This document shows positions 45,801 to 46,538 of a stretch of 64,000 bases of DNA, piece after piece. The stretch's first letter is position 1; every line of letters begins with the position of its first letter. The translations under genes were made by a program, and so were the position numbers. Source of the DNA: Methanobrevibacter sp. Lineage in GTDB: Archaea; Methanobacteriota; Methanobacteria; Methanobacteriales; Methanobacteriaceae. Under the pieces are notes generated by a model, which ran no database searches, was not told where the DNA came from, and saw only the letters and a program-made list of their open reading frames with translations. Location: assembly GCF_045636185.1 (NCBI RefSeq), contig NZ_JAZTXC010000109.1, positions 3,187-67,186 on the forward strand, written 5' to 3'.

Positions 45801-45987
45801 AAGTAATTCTGAATGGAATTTCAAAAAACCAAAAGTCAAATCACATGTTATTTATTTATCTACAACAAATAAATGCAAAAAAGAATTGAAAGAAATTTCT
45901 TCAAACTATGAATATCATAATATTGATACTACACACGGAGACATTATTAAAAAAGACCTGCATAAAATCAACAAATATTTAAAATAA
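13399..45987 (+). CDS. Giant 10-module non-ribosomal peptide synthetase (10,862 aa) with two epimerisation domains and a terminal thioesterase
   Basis: Ten A-domain P-loops (Ser codons at 14581, 17557, 20566, 23572, 27790, 30796, 33799, 36832, 39838, 44044). Ten GG(D/N)S carrier sites (Ser codons at 15691, 18700, 21715, 24721, 28936, 31936, 34948, 37981, 40978, 45193). Nine HHxxxD C-domain motifs, two E domains, and a GYSHG thioesterase at 45571-45585. Confidence 0.97.
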   Translation: MNNLFNNSDDKLEKNEYLNTKEFNKDLKYWNDMLSDAEKYVKFYNIKSNSYKTKKVTLKNKSPHTFLNKNNISRFNFITGIFSLYLSRVDKTQGCLFNTINKNSGKTTLLKIDYDENISFNEHLSKIEYIINETKKHSKADIENYTDIKSFYSIYDLTDLNNNSIANEEKCALILNIHKDSLELIYNTDLFEEIYIDHMLMNIESVIDNVLNSSNQLCKNIPIISEEDKSLIAEFCKSDRVDVDNDKTIGLAVHENAIKNPNSIAIDDGDKQLTYLEFDKLTNSIAYDLINNYNINQGTPVCLMISRNYYFPALVIALNKIGAASIPIDPEYPQKRIEHMINISESQNIIISKEYEDLYDFDINTIIANDLETNNNIDFEIKSSGDDLFTIMFTSGTTGLPKGVKISNKQISGISNAYRKIFDISGEEIIGCYASFSFVGSYGMYWALYLGASARIFNEDERKDSLLLIKKLKEKPIDIITLPPSVGIPIFENDDLKIRYMTLAGAKINELEYRENYTKLVNFYGSTEVILAITKIFDLKNMDKHIPLGKPLSNTWAYILDKNNEQVPIGVPGEICISSEYISPGYINDNLSDNSFIDNPHSDCESNKRMYKTGDIGFYNFDGEIEIIGREDNQLSVRGFRVETNEIINTLNNFNIKESYLDVENDTLILYYTTTDNVNIDDIKNALKMELPEYMIPSLFIKLDKIPLNVNGKIDKFALKKIGENNINEDVDDEILKTIIEGFKKVLNKDFILIDDDFVALGGNSLSSMKLQLYLKNELNVDISSNKLIELSTPLKISDFIKFNSNEINNEVNYTFDDLCPLSESQLNVYLDEIANDVGSAYNNSFKIKFNDSYSINEIKSALNKLFKIHPILKARVLIDNDVPSFCFDGEPKIIEGSPADIESFVHPFEIDKYLSRFLIVKEGETLILCMDCHHLIFDGTSINILLDNIFAILNENIDDFVDNGVLRQVSFEENNIIDSNYMNDGKKFFDEMLTDREECYDLLSSIDKENKNNEYNDYLTIENEYLDSFLQDNSITYNQFFTSVFAYTLSRFTGSSKVLFNLVEDGRGQLDLSNSIGMYVRTLPLLIDCKNQNTNSFLKYSSKLVNSTMKYDFYPFHILANEYDLNSDIIFQFAQDIFYKTANNKFIKSIEELKHDFQGDMAFYIFNSGEEKYGIKILYSDKFNKNMIKRFVETYKLILQEFTKVKQLSEINYTLTSDLKLLDTINKTEHELEYEDILDAFNDNLSKYPNNKIVSYKNRSYTYAEVAYIANKIANCLKDMGVKKQDNVAFMVERSEYYMFCPLTILSMGACYVPLDDKHPDERIEFILNDTQSKVVIVSDETYKRVKNLNNNVNLLNISELMKEDIGTLSNLDVDYGELTCILYTSGTTGVPKGVKITRKSLVNLAEVYRDKYELTNNDIYGLFSTIGFDAALLAIVTVLYSGACLSIIPNDIRLDIEKMNEYFINHGVTHTLITTQVGKLFIENVIHTSLKVLLVGGEKLGEFESPKDYTLVDAFGPTEACVFISSIKNIDKIDSSSIGPLSYNTKAYVLDDELRRVPLGAIGELYISGYQLSDGYLNREKETEEAFIENPFENNENYKVMYSSGDMVRVLSDGSLAIVGRSDSQVKIRGNRVELSEIEEVIRELNLIKDVTIQTIENNGNNELVAYVVTSNDVDNLKDYVCNHVIKNKPEYMVPSFVIEIDEIPLNINGKVNKKALPEVDLESLHVEYIAPTTKEEKDIVNAFKSVYNQEKISIYDDFARLGGDSLTAIRLISNLKEYDISAADILSLRTPKAIAENINENSFDLDVYSLDDGCPLNEPQLNVYLDIIANNKYDSYIIPVKMNISKKYSKENLCNALQEMLNVHPILNMCISDEFEVPYLVKGKKPEIGIKSEIDDELLNKFLTERFDLHNSLSRFLIIENDDKYNLYGVFHHLIFDGLSKNAFKKDLLSILNGNLVDVDDSFLKISAFNEQIQEKEQFNDAKNFYDIMLADNDEVSVLLDDAVDNESGTYTINLDKNIKEFIRNKNIGENILFTSVFAYTLSRFTGSEKVLFNIVENGRDRLNNYNSIGMYVNTLPLLVDCKNQSITEFINYMQDLVYNVMRYNYYPFRFLANEYNIDSNIIFQYQPKWFNETNNDENAITEDMINNMTGFINDLNTAVIEKEDSYELNITYSDKYSKNTIEHIAKTYKLILSQIIEINELSDINLTAEEDIKLLNSYNKTECTLKYGDIIKEFNNNLLRHEDKILVGYEDESYTYGESAFIVNEIANELTNMGIIKQDYVSLFVERSEWYLLASLGVLTIDSIYVPIEATYPDERIILMLKDTQSKVVIVTDKTEQKMLKIILDNDLNVDVLNVSQITDEEIGSLTNLNSIEVGENDIGCVLYTSGTTGTPKGSLITRKAINNFVSWYVEETNFTSEDTYGMHCSYVFDIHTAALYAPIITGGSLYVVPEDIRLNLKALNDYYVEHECTHTYITSQVGKLFAESGMKTTIKLLCFGGMKLGELNAPDSIGPFETYGPSENLAVSTSIWANKRIHHTSIGRFISNVKGYVLDNEHRRVPLGAVGELYLAGHQLSKGYLNRAKENEKAFFDNPFDYEKGYEKIYSTGDMVRFLPDGTIAIVDRRDNQVKIRGNRVELPEVESAIRRIDYVDDVTVQIIDNKGNNELVAYVVVSNELTGDALENSIKKYVSQHKPDYMVPSFIIGLDEIPLNVNGKVDKKALPKVDLDSLRAEYVAPRNEIEKDIVKAFEEVFNQEKISINDDFSRLGGDSLTAIKLLSNLKDYNLSAADILSLNTPKAIAENINECSFNFDKYSIERGCPLNEPQLNVYLDIIANNKIDSYLIPLNMNIPKRYSGENIHNALNEMINVHPILNMCVSDEFNVPYLVKGNKPEISIKSEIDDETLNKFLKQPFDLYESLCRFLIIENNDENIVYAVFHHLIFDGLSETVFKKDLLALLDNETVDIDNSFLKVSAFNQQIQQAKEYEIAKEFYDLMLADNEDANNLLDDISTDGPGVYRIELNKNIGETIKKNNINENVLFTGVFAYTLSRFTGSEKVLFNIVENGRDRFGNFNSIGMYVNTLPLLVDCKNQSSLNFIKYMSELIYDVIRYNYYPFRLLSNEYNINSSIIFQYVPDWFGENSNESNADIIKDMTDFISDLSVDVVQNKDKYSLNIMYSDKYCENTIKHFAKTYELILYQIISAEKLSDIDIITDGDIKLLDSYNQTQEEVSCNDILDAFNANLPEHENDILIGYEGNVYTHGQCAFVANEIANKLGDLGAKSQDFISLFVNRSEWYLLASMGILSMGGAYVPIDTSYPNERIILMLKDSHSKAVIVTDESEQKIRDIILENDLNVDVLNVSDLINDNIGSLNHLYNTAISENDIGSLLYTSGTTGIPKGVKITRKAINNFVSWYVKETNFTSQDVFGLHSSYVFDMHTHGLFAPVISGGSLYVVPEDIRLDLKALNDFFIEHNCTHTFITTQIGKLFAESGMDTTIKLLCLGGMTLGELNAPDSIGPLEIYGPSENLAVSTSIPANKRIHHTSIGGFIDNVKGYVLDNEHRRVPLGAVGELYLAGHQLTPGYLNNKEENAKAFFDNPFDNEKGYERIYKTGDIVRFLSDGTLGFVGRRDNQVKIRGNRVELPEVESVIRSIDYVDDVTVQAINNKGNNELVAYVVVSNESTGDALANLIKDYVSQHKPDYMIPSFIINLDEIPLNVNGKVDKKALPEVDLDSLRAEYVAPVTETQKIIVNAFEIIFNQENISLYDDFIRLGGDSIKSIRLISMLQNDNISCTAQDILNYKTPYLIAKNVEEVSHVSYDAVEGIVDLHPIQSYFFDQINKNEYNQHYILKSTEKIELNKLQSAFDELTNIHDMLRATYRFEDNEPIQEILPVNTRVCEINEIYSDDDINSSIRSIFRDIHNKLNYENNLIHITLFHHNNESYVIFVIHHLIIDGVSWSILIDDLSYIYYKIGSKNKISLPRPYPYKLWVNDVKELANNISDEEKQHWLELNESLDDSKLCGKSIVYSLKAENYYNPDNLLMLSEEEYWALSIARAYKKTYGENLILNRESYGRDETLANVSRTIGWFTTQYPVSLDLINDYDNISLILDVYNLKNSFKNINNLGLNYGSLIYGSDELEYKHCPLTFNFLSTEFIFKNRLFESLNIFLSEDNINKSEFESTSYGITVNIASVDDEYIIGGDYAKNTYIAEKINLFFENLKSELKFIGNYQFDEGLTCCLSEPQLGIYLDEKIEEKGTAYSNPGYYECDLNTTREEIINAIHTLIEKHPILKGHIVDTPNMPLLVCDSYPSIEFNEVTDIFEIIEPFELDKLLVRFYISIDENNKTIYYDIHHIISDATTRAIINKELDEILNKNSDDKIDYGFIKASYDAFDSKYKKQYQEAYDFFNNQFNDLDDVPELLTDIGGQAGIVTYPIHNIRSQFEAFAHENNITIGSLLNAIFAYSYSRLIGSDKVYFNFTEHGRHEDYSQDAFGMFVRTIPLLINCKNTSTKDYLNQVSDLILDSMLHSIYPYRLLANEFDLKNNVTFEYNYDLNDTSDIENGIKFKEMNYNLVSEFLCVINDLDDGYLITVEHTDKYSKDTIIRFVEVFKEVMTQIINKDALKDINYITNRDLKLLDEFNDTKHDLDYNDILDAFNNNLSKYPNSNLTKVNNKVYTYGEGAFIANKIAEELKKLGVNSQDNVAFLVNRSGNYLFSILSILSVGGIYVPLDNTLPDERIEFILKDTDPKVIIVSDETYERAEGLSKNCIILNIDRILNQENGTLFKLDVEYGDLACILYTSGTTGLPKGVNITRKAVINMSSYYVDTYGLSNADNYGLFANIGFDAGSLGVFAAIYAGSCLYVVPDNIKLNINEMNEYFIEHGITHTFITTQVGKLFVQSVENTSLKVLLVGGEKLGAIESPDDYNLIDIYGPTETFVFVSSINNKDKITSSSVGSLSYNTKAYILDNEKRPVPYGAVGELYLSGYQTSKYYINRRKENKKAFIDNPFSDDENYKLLYRTGDLVRLLPDGTLSVEGRRDKQVKIRGNRVELSEIESTIRDLKLIKDVTVQTIQDKSYCKLVAYVVTSGDLNENSIAKYVSNHISKNKPDYMVPSFIIPLDKIPLNPNGKVDKNALPEINLESLHGEYVAPITKNEKMIVDAFEAVFHKKISMNDDFIQLGGDSLTAIKVLLHMEGQNITAREILSLRTPKNIAENINEESFDLDIYSLESGCPLNEPQLNVYLDIIANNKMNAYIIPFSMSIPKKYDYDKIADSLDKMLEIHPILNMCVDDSTDIPYLIKGHGPEILFKSENDKEFIDEFLTKEFDLHSSLSRYLIIENENEYRLYAVFHHLIFDALSNNVFKQDLLSIFNNEKIDVDDSFLEVSAYTQQIQKIEEYTQAEEFYDSMLTDIEDAGTLLNDVNGNNSGVYHLNLEFDDKSIDELINKYSINENILFTSIFAYTLSRFTGSEKTLFNILENGRDRLNNYNAIGMYVNTIPLVANCENQDIQSYMDSMSNLIYDAMKYNYYPFRTLAKKYGIDSSIIFQYIPNWVSGVDSSTHITEVNGENNINTDSPINDFSFEVIQECNSFILRITYSDKYSKETIERFAETYKLILSEITKVKELSNINCITEDDLKLLNSYNDTEYELKYNDVLDAFNNNLIKYPKNKLVSFENNSYTYDEGAFISKQLADHLKDSGVNIGENVAFLTKRSESYLFSILGILSVGAVYVPLEEKLPEERVNFILNDANIKVIITDDENYERVENTTDNIKIINISDILNDKIEKISHLDSTYSDLACILYTSGTTGIPKGVKITRKAIINFVEFYINDSGLNSDDIFALYSSIGFDVGAIKSVLSPVCCGACLDIIPEDIKLDIHKLNKHFIKNNVTHTNITTQVAKLFINSIEETSLKVLVTGGEKLGEVKTPANYRFIDNYGPTEACVSVTNIDVNKKIDSTSIGYLINNTKGYVLDNEFRQVPVGAVGELYLAGNQIAEGYLNRDKETEEAFLRNPFDEEYDMMYRTGDMVRFLPDGTLAIVDRRDKQVKIRGNRVELSEVESIIHEFDNIIDVTVQTIDNNENKELVAYVVTKEKINDLKDSLCKFIAKNKPDYMVPSFVIELDEIPLNINGKVDKKALPEVDLESLRAEYIAPRNKIEKDITNAFEKVFNQEKISITDDFMTLGGDSLTAIKLLSNLEDYNISAADILSLRTPKAIAENINNISLDLDIYSLEDGCPLNESQLNVYLDIIANNKVSAYLIPLEMRISKEYDIEEISNTLDKMLEVHPILSMCVSDEYDMPLLIKGSKPQIIIENEINDEFTNNFLTKSFDLYENLSRFLIIETEEDYKLIAVFHHMIFDGLSDGVFKQDFATILNGGIVNVDDSFLKVSAFNKQIQDSNEYDDAGKFYDEMLVDSDEISVLLDSALSDGPGVCQSDLEIDYNTFKSFLDTKGISENVIFTSTFAYTLSRFVGSEKVLFNITENGRDRFNNYNSIGMYVNTLPILADCKNQTTASFIDYMSKTIYGAMKYNYYPFRVLANKYNLNSSILFQFLPDWIGLDDENISEIEVSPENIINDMEDFITDLSVNIIQKGESYVINILYSEKYSKDMIEHFIESYKLIISQLISVNELSAISYVCDDDLKLLDSYNETEHPLKYNDILDAFNDNLAHNPDNKLVCYKDRFYSYGEGAFIANEIGTALKDLDIGLDDKVAFLVERSELYMFSILGILSAGAVYVPLDDAHPDERIEFMLKDNDTKAIIVCDSTYERVCSLANDTVLLNISDILKKDISESSDLSVNYGNLSCILYTSGTTGVPKGVKITRKSVINFSEFYAKHYGLTKYDVFALYASIGFDVAMESIFASIFSGACLNIIPNEIKLDMNAMNSHFMKHNVTFAHLPAQVAKLFISQTNNTSLKVLCAGGEKLGEIETDTNYKFFDTYGPTETFIDVTSINIEDKVDASSIGHLFDNTKAYVLDNEKRRVPLGAVGELYIAGYQVAEGYLNRDEETNNAFLDNPFVDNKDYNIMYRSGDLARVLPDGSLGIVGRNDNQVKIRGNRVELSEIETTIREIDYVDDVTVQTVKHDTNNELVAYVVVSNDLDGNILKDSIHNHVGKHKPEYMIPSYVIKLDSIPLNVNGKVDKNALPVVNFDSLQREYVAPITDNEKIIINAFEEVFNQDKISLYDDFVHLGGDSLIAIKILSHLDNHNITAADILSLRTPYAIANAIGGKSFDLDIYNLDTGCPLNEPQLNVYLDIIANDKVDSYIIPIIMDISKEYDVNEIFNALETMINLHPILGMCVDNDYDIPYLVKGSKPNISLENNITKGFITEFLTKPFDLYNSLCRFSIVENKDKYLLLAAFHHIIFDALSDSIFKQHLQTILDGGIVKPDESFLEVSAFTQQIHESEEYNEAHKFYDKMLADNDEVGILLDSVMADGPSVCQSDLEIDYNLFKSFLDTNEVSENVLFTSVFAYTLSRFVGSDKVLFNITDNGRDRFNNYNAIGMYVNTLPMLVDCKTQDISSFINYMSDIVYGVMKYNYYPFRQLAKEYNIDSNILFQFLPEWISNDNETPAEIESISEESIIGEMDDLINDLTVEVIQRGQKYNLIIMHSDKYSKAMVERFIDSYKLILSQIIHVDKLSDIEYITKSDLEILNEINQTESDLEFNDILDAFNSNLLKYENKILLGYGNNSYTYGESAFIAQEIADRLNNLGVYSQECVALFVNRSEWYLLASMGVLSINGIYVPIESTYPDDRIILMLRDSGSNVVIASDETEQRINKIISDNNLDIDVLNVSDITNNISSLNHLNTVEVNEKDISCVLYTSGTTGTPKGSLTTRKAINNFVSWYVKETEFTCNDIYGMHCSYVFDIHTAALYAPIVTGGSLYIVPDDIRLDLNALNEFYVKHGCTHTYITSQVGKLFAESGMDTTIKLLCFGGMKLGELNAPDSIGPFETYGPSENLAVSTSIFANSRIHHSSIGYFIDNVKGYILDKEHRRVPLGAVGELYLAGHQLTPGYLNREEENSKSFFDNPFDNEKDYEKIYSTGDIVRLLPDGTLGIVGRRDSQVKIRGNRVELTEVESVIRSISDVEDVTVQTIQNNDNNELVAYIVASNDLEDNELVNYVRDYVNKHKPDYMVPTYVIRLDEIPLNVNGKVDKRALPDVDLESLRAEYVAPRNETEREIIEAFETVFNQDQIGIYDDFIGLGGDSLTAIKLLSHLEDYNITAADILSLHTPKAIAENIKNIQMDLDIYSLEEGCPLNEAQLNVYLDIIANNKYNVYLIPLRMEISKEYAIKEIEDALDTMINIHPILGMRISDEYEVPYLIKGSKPLVSINSNDDEEFIINFVNESFDLHDNLCRFLIVENESDYILYAVFHHIIFDALSDNVFKQDMKNILEGNELKVDDSFLKVSAFTQQIQESEEYGEAGEFYDEMLVDNEEVGILLESELSDRPGFKQINLDIDYDIFKSFLNENAISENALFTSAFAYTLSRFVGSDKVLFNITDNGRDRFNNYNAIGMYVNTLPMLVDCKTQDTTSFINYMSDILYGVMKYDYYPFRQLANEYNIDSNILFQFMPEWIENEDKTSDEITEESINENIDELINDFTAEVIQKGRNYTLIIMHSDKYSKSMIERFINSYKLILSQMIKVNELSDINYVSKSDLELLEDINKTEHPLIFEDLLDAFNNNLAKYPDNNLVSYKDVCYTYGESAFIADKIAKQLTHLGVKSQDNVAFYTQRSEYYLLSALSILSIGAVYVPLDDNLPDERIKLILEDTEAKVIIVDDETCEDAVNLFGDYMILNASEIIKNNKGTLSNLPTIYGDLACILYTSVTTGIPKGVKITRKSILNVAEFYKDKYGLSNNDVYGLFSNISFDAALLAMITVLYSGACLSVVPDEIRLDMKSLNEYFIEQNVTHTLITSQVGRLFMKEVDNTSLNVLFVGGEKLGEFESPEDYTLVDAFGPTEACVFISSIENIDKTDASSIGFLNYNTKVYVLDNEFRRVPIGAVGELYVSGYQIANGYLNREEETNNAFLDNPFDEGDYNEMYRSGDMVRILNDGSLSIVGRRDGQVKIRGNRVELSEIETVIRELDYIKDVTVQTIKNNTNNELVAYVVVSKKIDDLKDKICKYVGESKPEYMVPSFIIELDEIPLNVNGKVNKKALPQVDFDSLHTEYVAPTSETEKIIAQAFEDVFNQKDVGLYDDFFHLGGDSITAIRVISLLQKNNITCTARDILNNKTPYLIAKNIKNIENISYDPVEGEIDLLPIQSYFFDKVNEDGFSQTFLLKSKKDLDIDIFQDAVNELTNIHDMLRANYKQENEKVIQEILPLDSNICKVKVFDASNNLKESIEDIFNQTNVSLNKNKLIDINIIRHETGCYVLFNIHHLIIDGVSWNILINDLTQIYSNLEAKQEVNLVRPYPYKNWVENVKELVNNISDEEKQHWIKLNNLLDDSNIKGNSNAFAFNVDAKFDANNSLMLSEEEYLALAISRAYKKTYGENIIFNRESYGRDESLADNSRTIGWFTSQYPTLVEVNNGYDNISLMQDIYSLKQAFKEVNYLGLNYSSLIYTTEELEFKYCPVTFNFLSTEFAFKNELFESVNFNSELEDEIHINEIDSTSYGISLNVSSINKGYVIKGEYAGETFIGDSFDEFVENIKSELRFISDFDINQKDIVCCLSESQMGVYLDEKVNDKGNAYACTEILKCDLDNEEIINAVYSVIDKHPILKGRILDNGDMPLLVCDNYPSIEEINTENYSELVKPFDLNKSLADFHIINNEKGKFIFYNIHHLIIDATSRTILNKEIQEALEGKLDDVIDLGFVYSSMDSFECKFKSDYRSAYEFFNKEFVDMDNIPELLADVSESAGRVSLPIRNIRSSIEEYAHKNGITIGNLLNAVFAYTYSRFTGSDKVYFNFTEHGRHEDYSKNALGMFVRTIPIITNCNNDSTKNYLINFSDLVLNSMQNSIYPYRLLANEFNLNNNVMFEYNSDLNDVSYIKDEIIVENYPNDFVNEFSCIINDLNDGYVIHVEHSSKYSNETCIRFAKTYERILFEIIKVKELSEINYITKEDLKLLDSYNETEHPLKYNDVLDAFNENLIKYCENKLVSFENNSYTYGEGAFIAEKIAKSLKNLGVDKGDNVAFLVKRSELYMFSVLGIMSIGGVYVPLDDAHPDERVEFILNDTKSKVILVSDETYNRVNSLDNNSIILNISDILRDNIGTVSDLPVIYNDLACILYTSGTTGIPKGVKITRKSILNLSEFYIRTFGLGEDDVYALFASIGFDVAMKAIFPTISAGACLTIIPEEIKLDVNAMNEYFIKQGVTHTEISTQVAKIFISQVDETPLKVLTTGGEKLGEVETDVDYRFVDEYGPTEACVDVTSIDYDNRIDSSSIGFLLDNIKAYVLDDEFRRVPVGAAGELYLAGNQIADGYLNRDEETQKAFLENPFDERKEYSVMYRTGDIVRVLADGSLGIIGRRDGQVKIRGNRVELSEIETIIRKINYVEDVTVQIVKHDTNNELVAYVVISNNLDDNLLTDSIRNYVNSQKPEYMVPSYVIKLDEIPLTVNGKVDKNALPKVDVDKLLAEYVTPNTETEKIIVKSFENAFNQERISLYDDFIRLGGDSIIAMKIVSDLSKQDISIDARTLFKNRTPYNIAQIIDGNEKEYGFELARKGSKNQNMFLLPPNSGLSFIFSTLIKNIDFDGNIYIIDDYRYELTIEEIEKINGTEIAFEKYYEAIKDIFQDGDIIVGYSHGCIFAPLICERLEKSKYVDKCVLIDGLLKFSEKSNYDETKINQLKEDAEVLLKDAAEYENDEELKNKLISVAISNSEWNFKKPKVKSHVIYLSTTNKCKKELKEISSNYEYHNIDTTHGDIIKKDLHKINKYLK
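15851..18840 (+). other. NRPS module 2 C-A-T, code about DALLLGAVFK (hydrophobic)
   Basis: CHHLIFDG at 16195-16218, GFDAALL, AFGPTEACVF and GGDSL. Code read by manual alignment to GrsA. Confidence 0.85.
18841..21855 (+). other. NRPS module 3 C-A-T, code about DIAYCGTAVK (unassigned)
   Basis: HHLIFDG at 19201, VFDIHTA, CFGGMK, TYGPSENLAV and GGDSL. Confidence 0.85.
21856..26100 (+). other. NRPS module 4 C-A-T-E, code about DMHFCGIAVK (unassigned, D-residue)
   Basis: HHLIFDG at 22216, VFDMHTH and GGDSI. E motifs: PIQSYFF (24883), HHLIIDGVSW (25240), ESYGRDE, RTIGWFTTQYP, LGLNYG, FNFL. Confidence 0.88.
26101..29075 (+). other. NRPS module 5 C(DCL-like)-A-T, code about DALFLGIVFK (aliphatic)
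   Basis: HHIISDA at 26446, EHGRHE...GMFVRTIP, GFDAGSL, IYGPTETFVF and GGDSL. Confidence 0.85.
29076..32075 (+). other. NRPS module 6 C-A-T, code about DV(I/K)NVGNVSK (polar?)
   Basis: HHLIFDA at 29437, GFDVGAIK (one-residue insertion), NYGPTEACVS and GGDSL. Confidence 0.85.
32076..35088 (+). other. NRPS module 7 C-A-T, code about DVEHCGTIDK (polar/basic?)
   Basis: HHMIFDG at 32437, GFDVAME, TYGPTETFID and GGDSL. Confidence 0.85.
35089..38120 (+). other. NRPS module 8 C-A-T, code about DIAYCGTAVK (same as module 3)
   Basis: HHIIFDA at 35449, VFDIHTA, CFGGMK, TYGPSENLAV and GGDSL. Confidence 0.85.
38121..42360 (+). other. NRPS module 9 C-A-T-E, code about DALLFGAVFK, P-loop Gly-to-Val
   Basis: HHIIFDA at 38482, YTSVTTG at 39832-39852, SFDAALL and GGDSI. 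E motifs: PIQSYFF (41140), HHLIIDGVSW (41494), RTIGWFTSQYP. Confidence 0.88.
42361..45987 (+). other. NRPS module 10 C(DCL-like)-A-T-TE, code about DVKETGEVDK (polar/charged)
   Basis: HHLIIDA at 42700, GFDVAMK, EYGPTEACVD and GGDSI. TE has PPNSG, GYSHG (Ser codon 45577), LIDG and THG (His codon 45934). Confidence 0.88.
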
Positions 45988-45998
45988 AAAGAAAAAGA

Positions 45999-46418
45999 TT
46001 AAAGATTATCGAATGCGTGTTGAGCATCGGCTAATTTTTGATTAGCGAAAGTTATTCTACTATCAATTTCATTCGATGGTTTGTTAGCATCAAGCCCTGA
46101 TTGAACATTATCAATAGCCGATTGTGCCCTCGAAAGTTCTAATCTAGCATCATTATATTTTTGAACATCATCTGCACCACCAGCATAAAAAGTTGATTTA
46201 ACAGAGTCAAATTGTGATTCCAAATTAGAATATTTTGATCTCAATTGGGCCAAATCATCATATTGATTTCCTGATGAAATTTGGTCAGTGATTGATTTAT
46301 TAACAATACTATAACCGGAAAATCCAACAAGAACTATTAGAAAAATGATTGAAATAATCCCAACAATGGAAATTAACATTGAAGTAGATTTAAATAAGTT
46401 TAATCTAGATTTTCTCAT
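45999..46418 (-). CDS. Membrane-anchored helical hypothetical protein
   Basis: N-terminal TM helix (ISIVGIISIIFLIVLVGF) followed by an amphipathic/coiled-coil segment. Convergent with the NRPS across an 11-bp gap. Confidence 0.8.
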   Translation of the reverse strand: MRKSRLNLFKSTSMLISIVGIISIIFLIVLVGFSGYSIVNKSITDQISSGNQYDDLAQLRSKYSNLESQFDSVKSTFYAGGADDVQKYNDARLELSRAQSAIDNVQSGLDANKPSNEIDSRITFANQKLADAQHAFDNL

Positions 46419-46538
46419 AATGCCACCAATATTTAATCTATAATAGTATAATGTTTATTGGTATTAATATATAATTTTTACTTACAAATTTTACCCTCCA
46501 ATTAATTTTTTAAGTAAGAAAAAATAATGTAATATATA

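Noticed and set aside
13399-45987. CRISPR array or non-coding repeat family suggested by the 3-kb periodicity
   Set aside because: The periodicity is fully explained by NRPS module repetition in one reading frame. No short repeat-spacer pattern occurs in the window.
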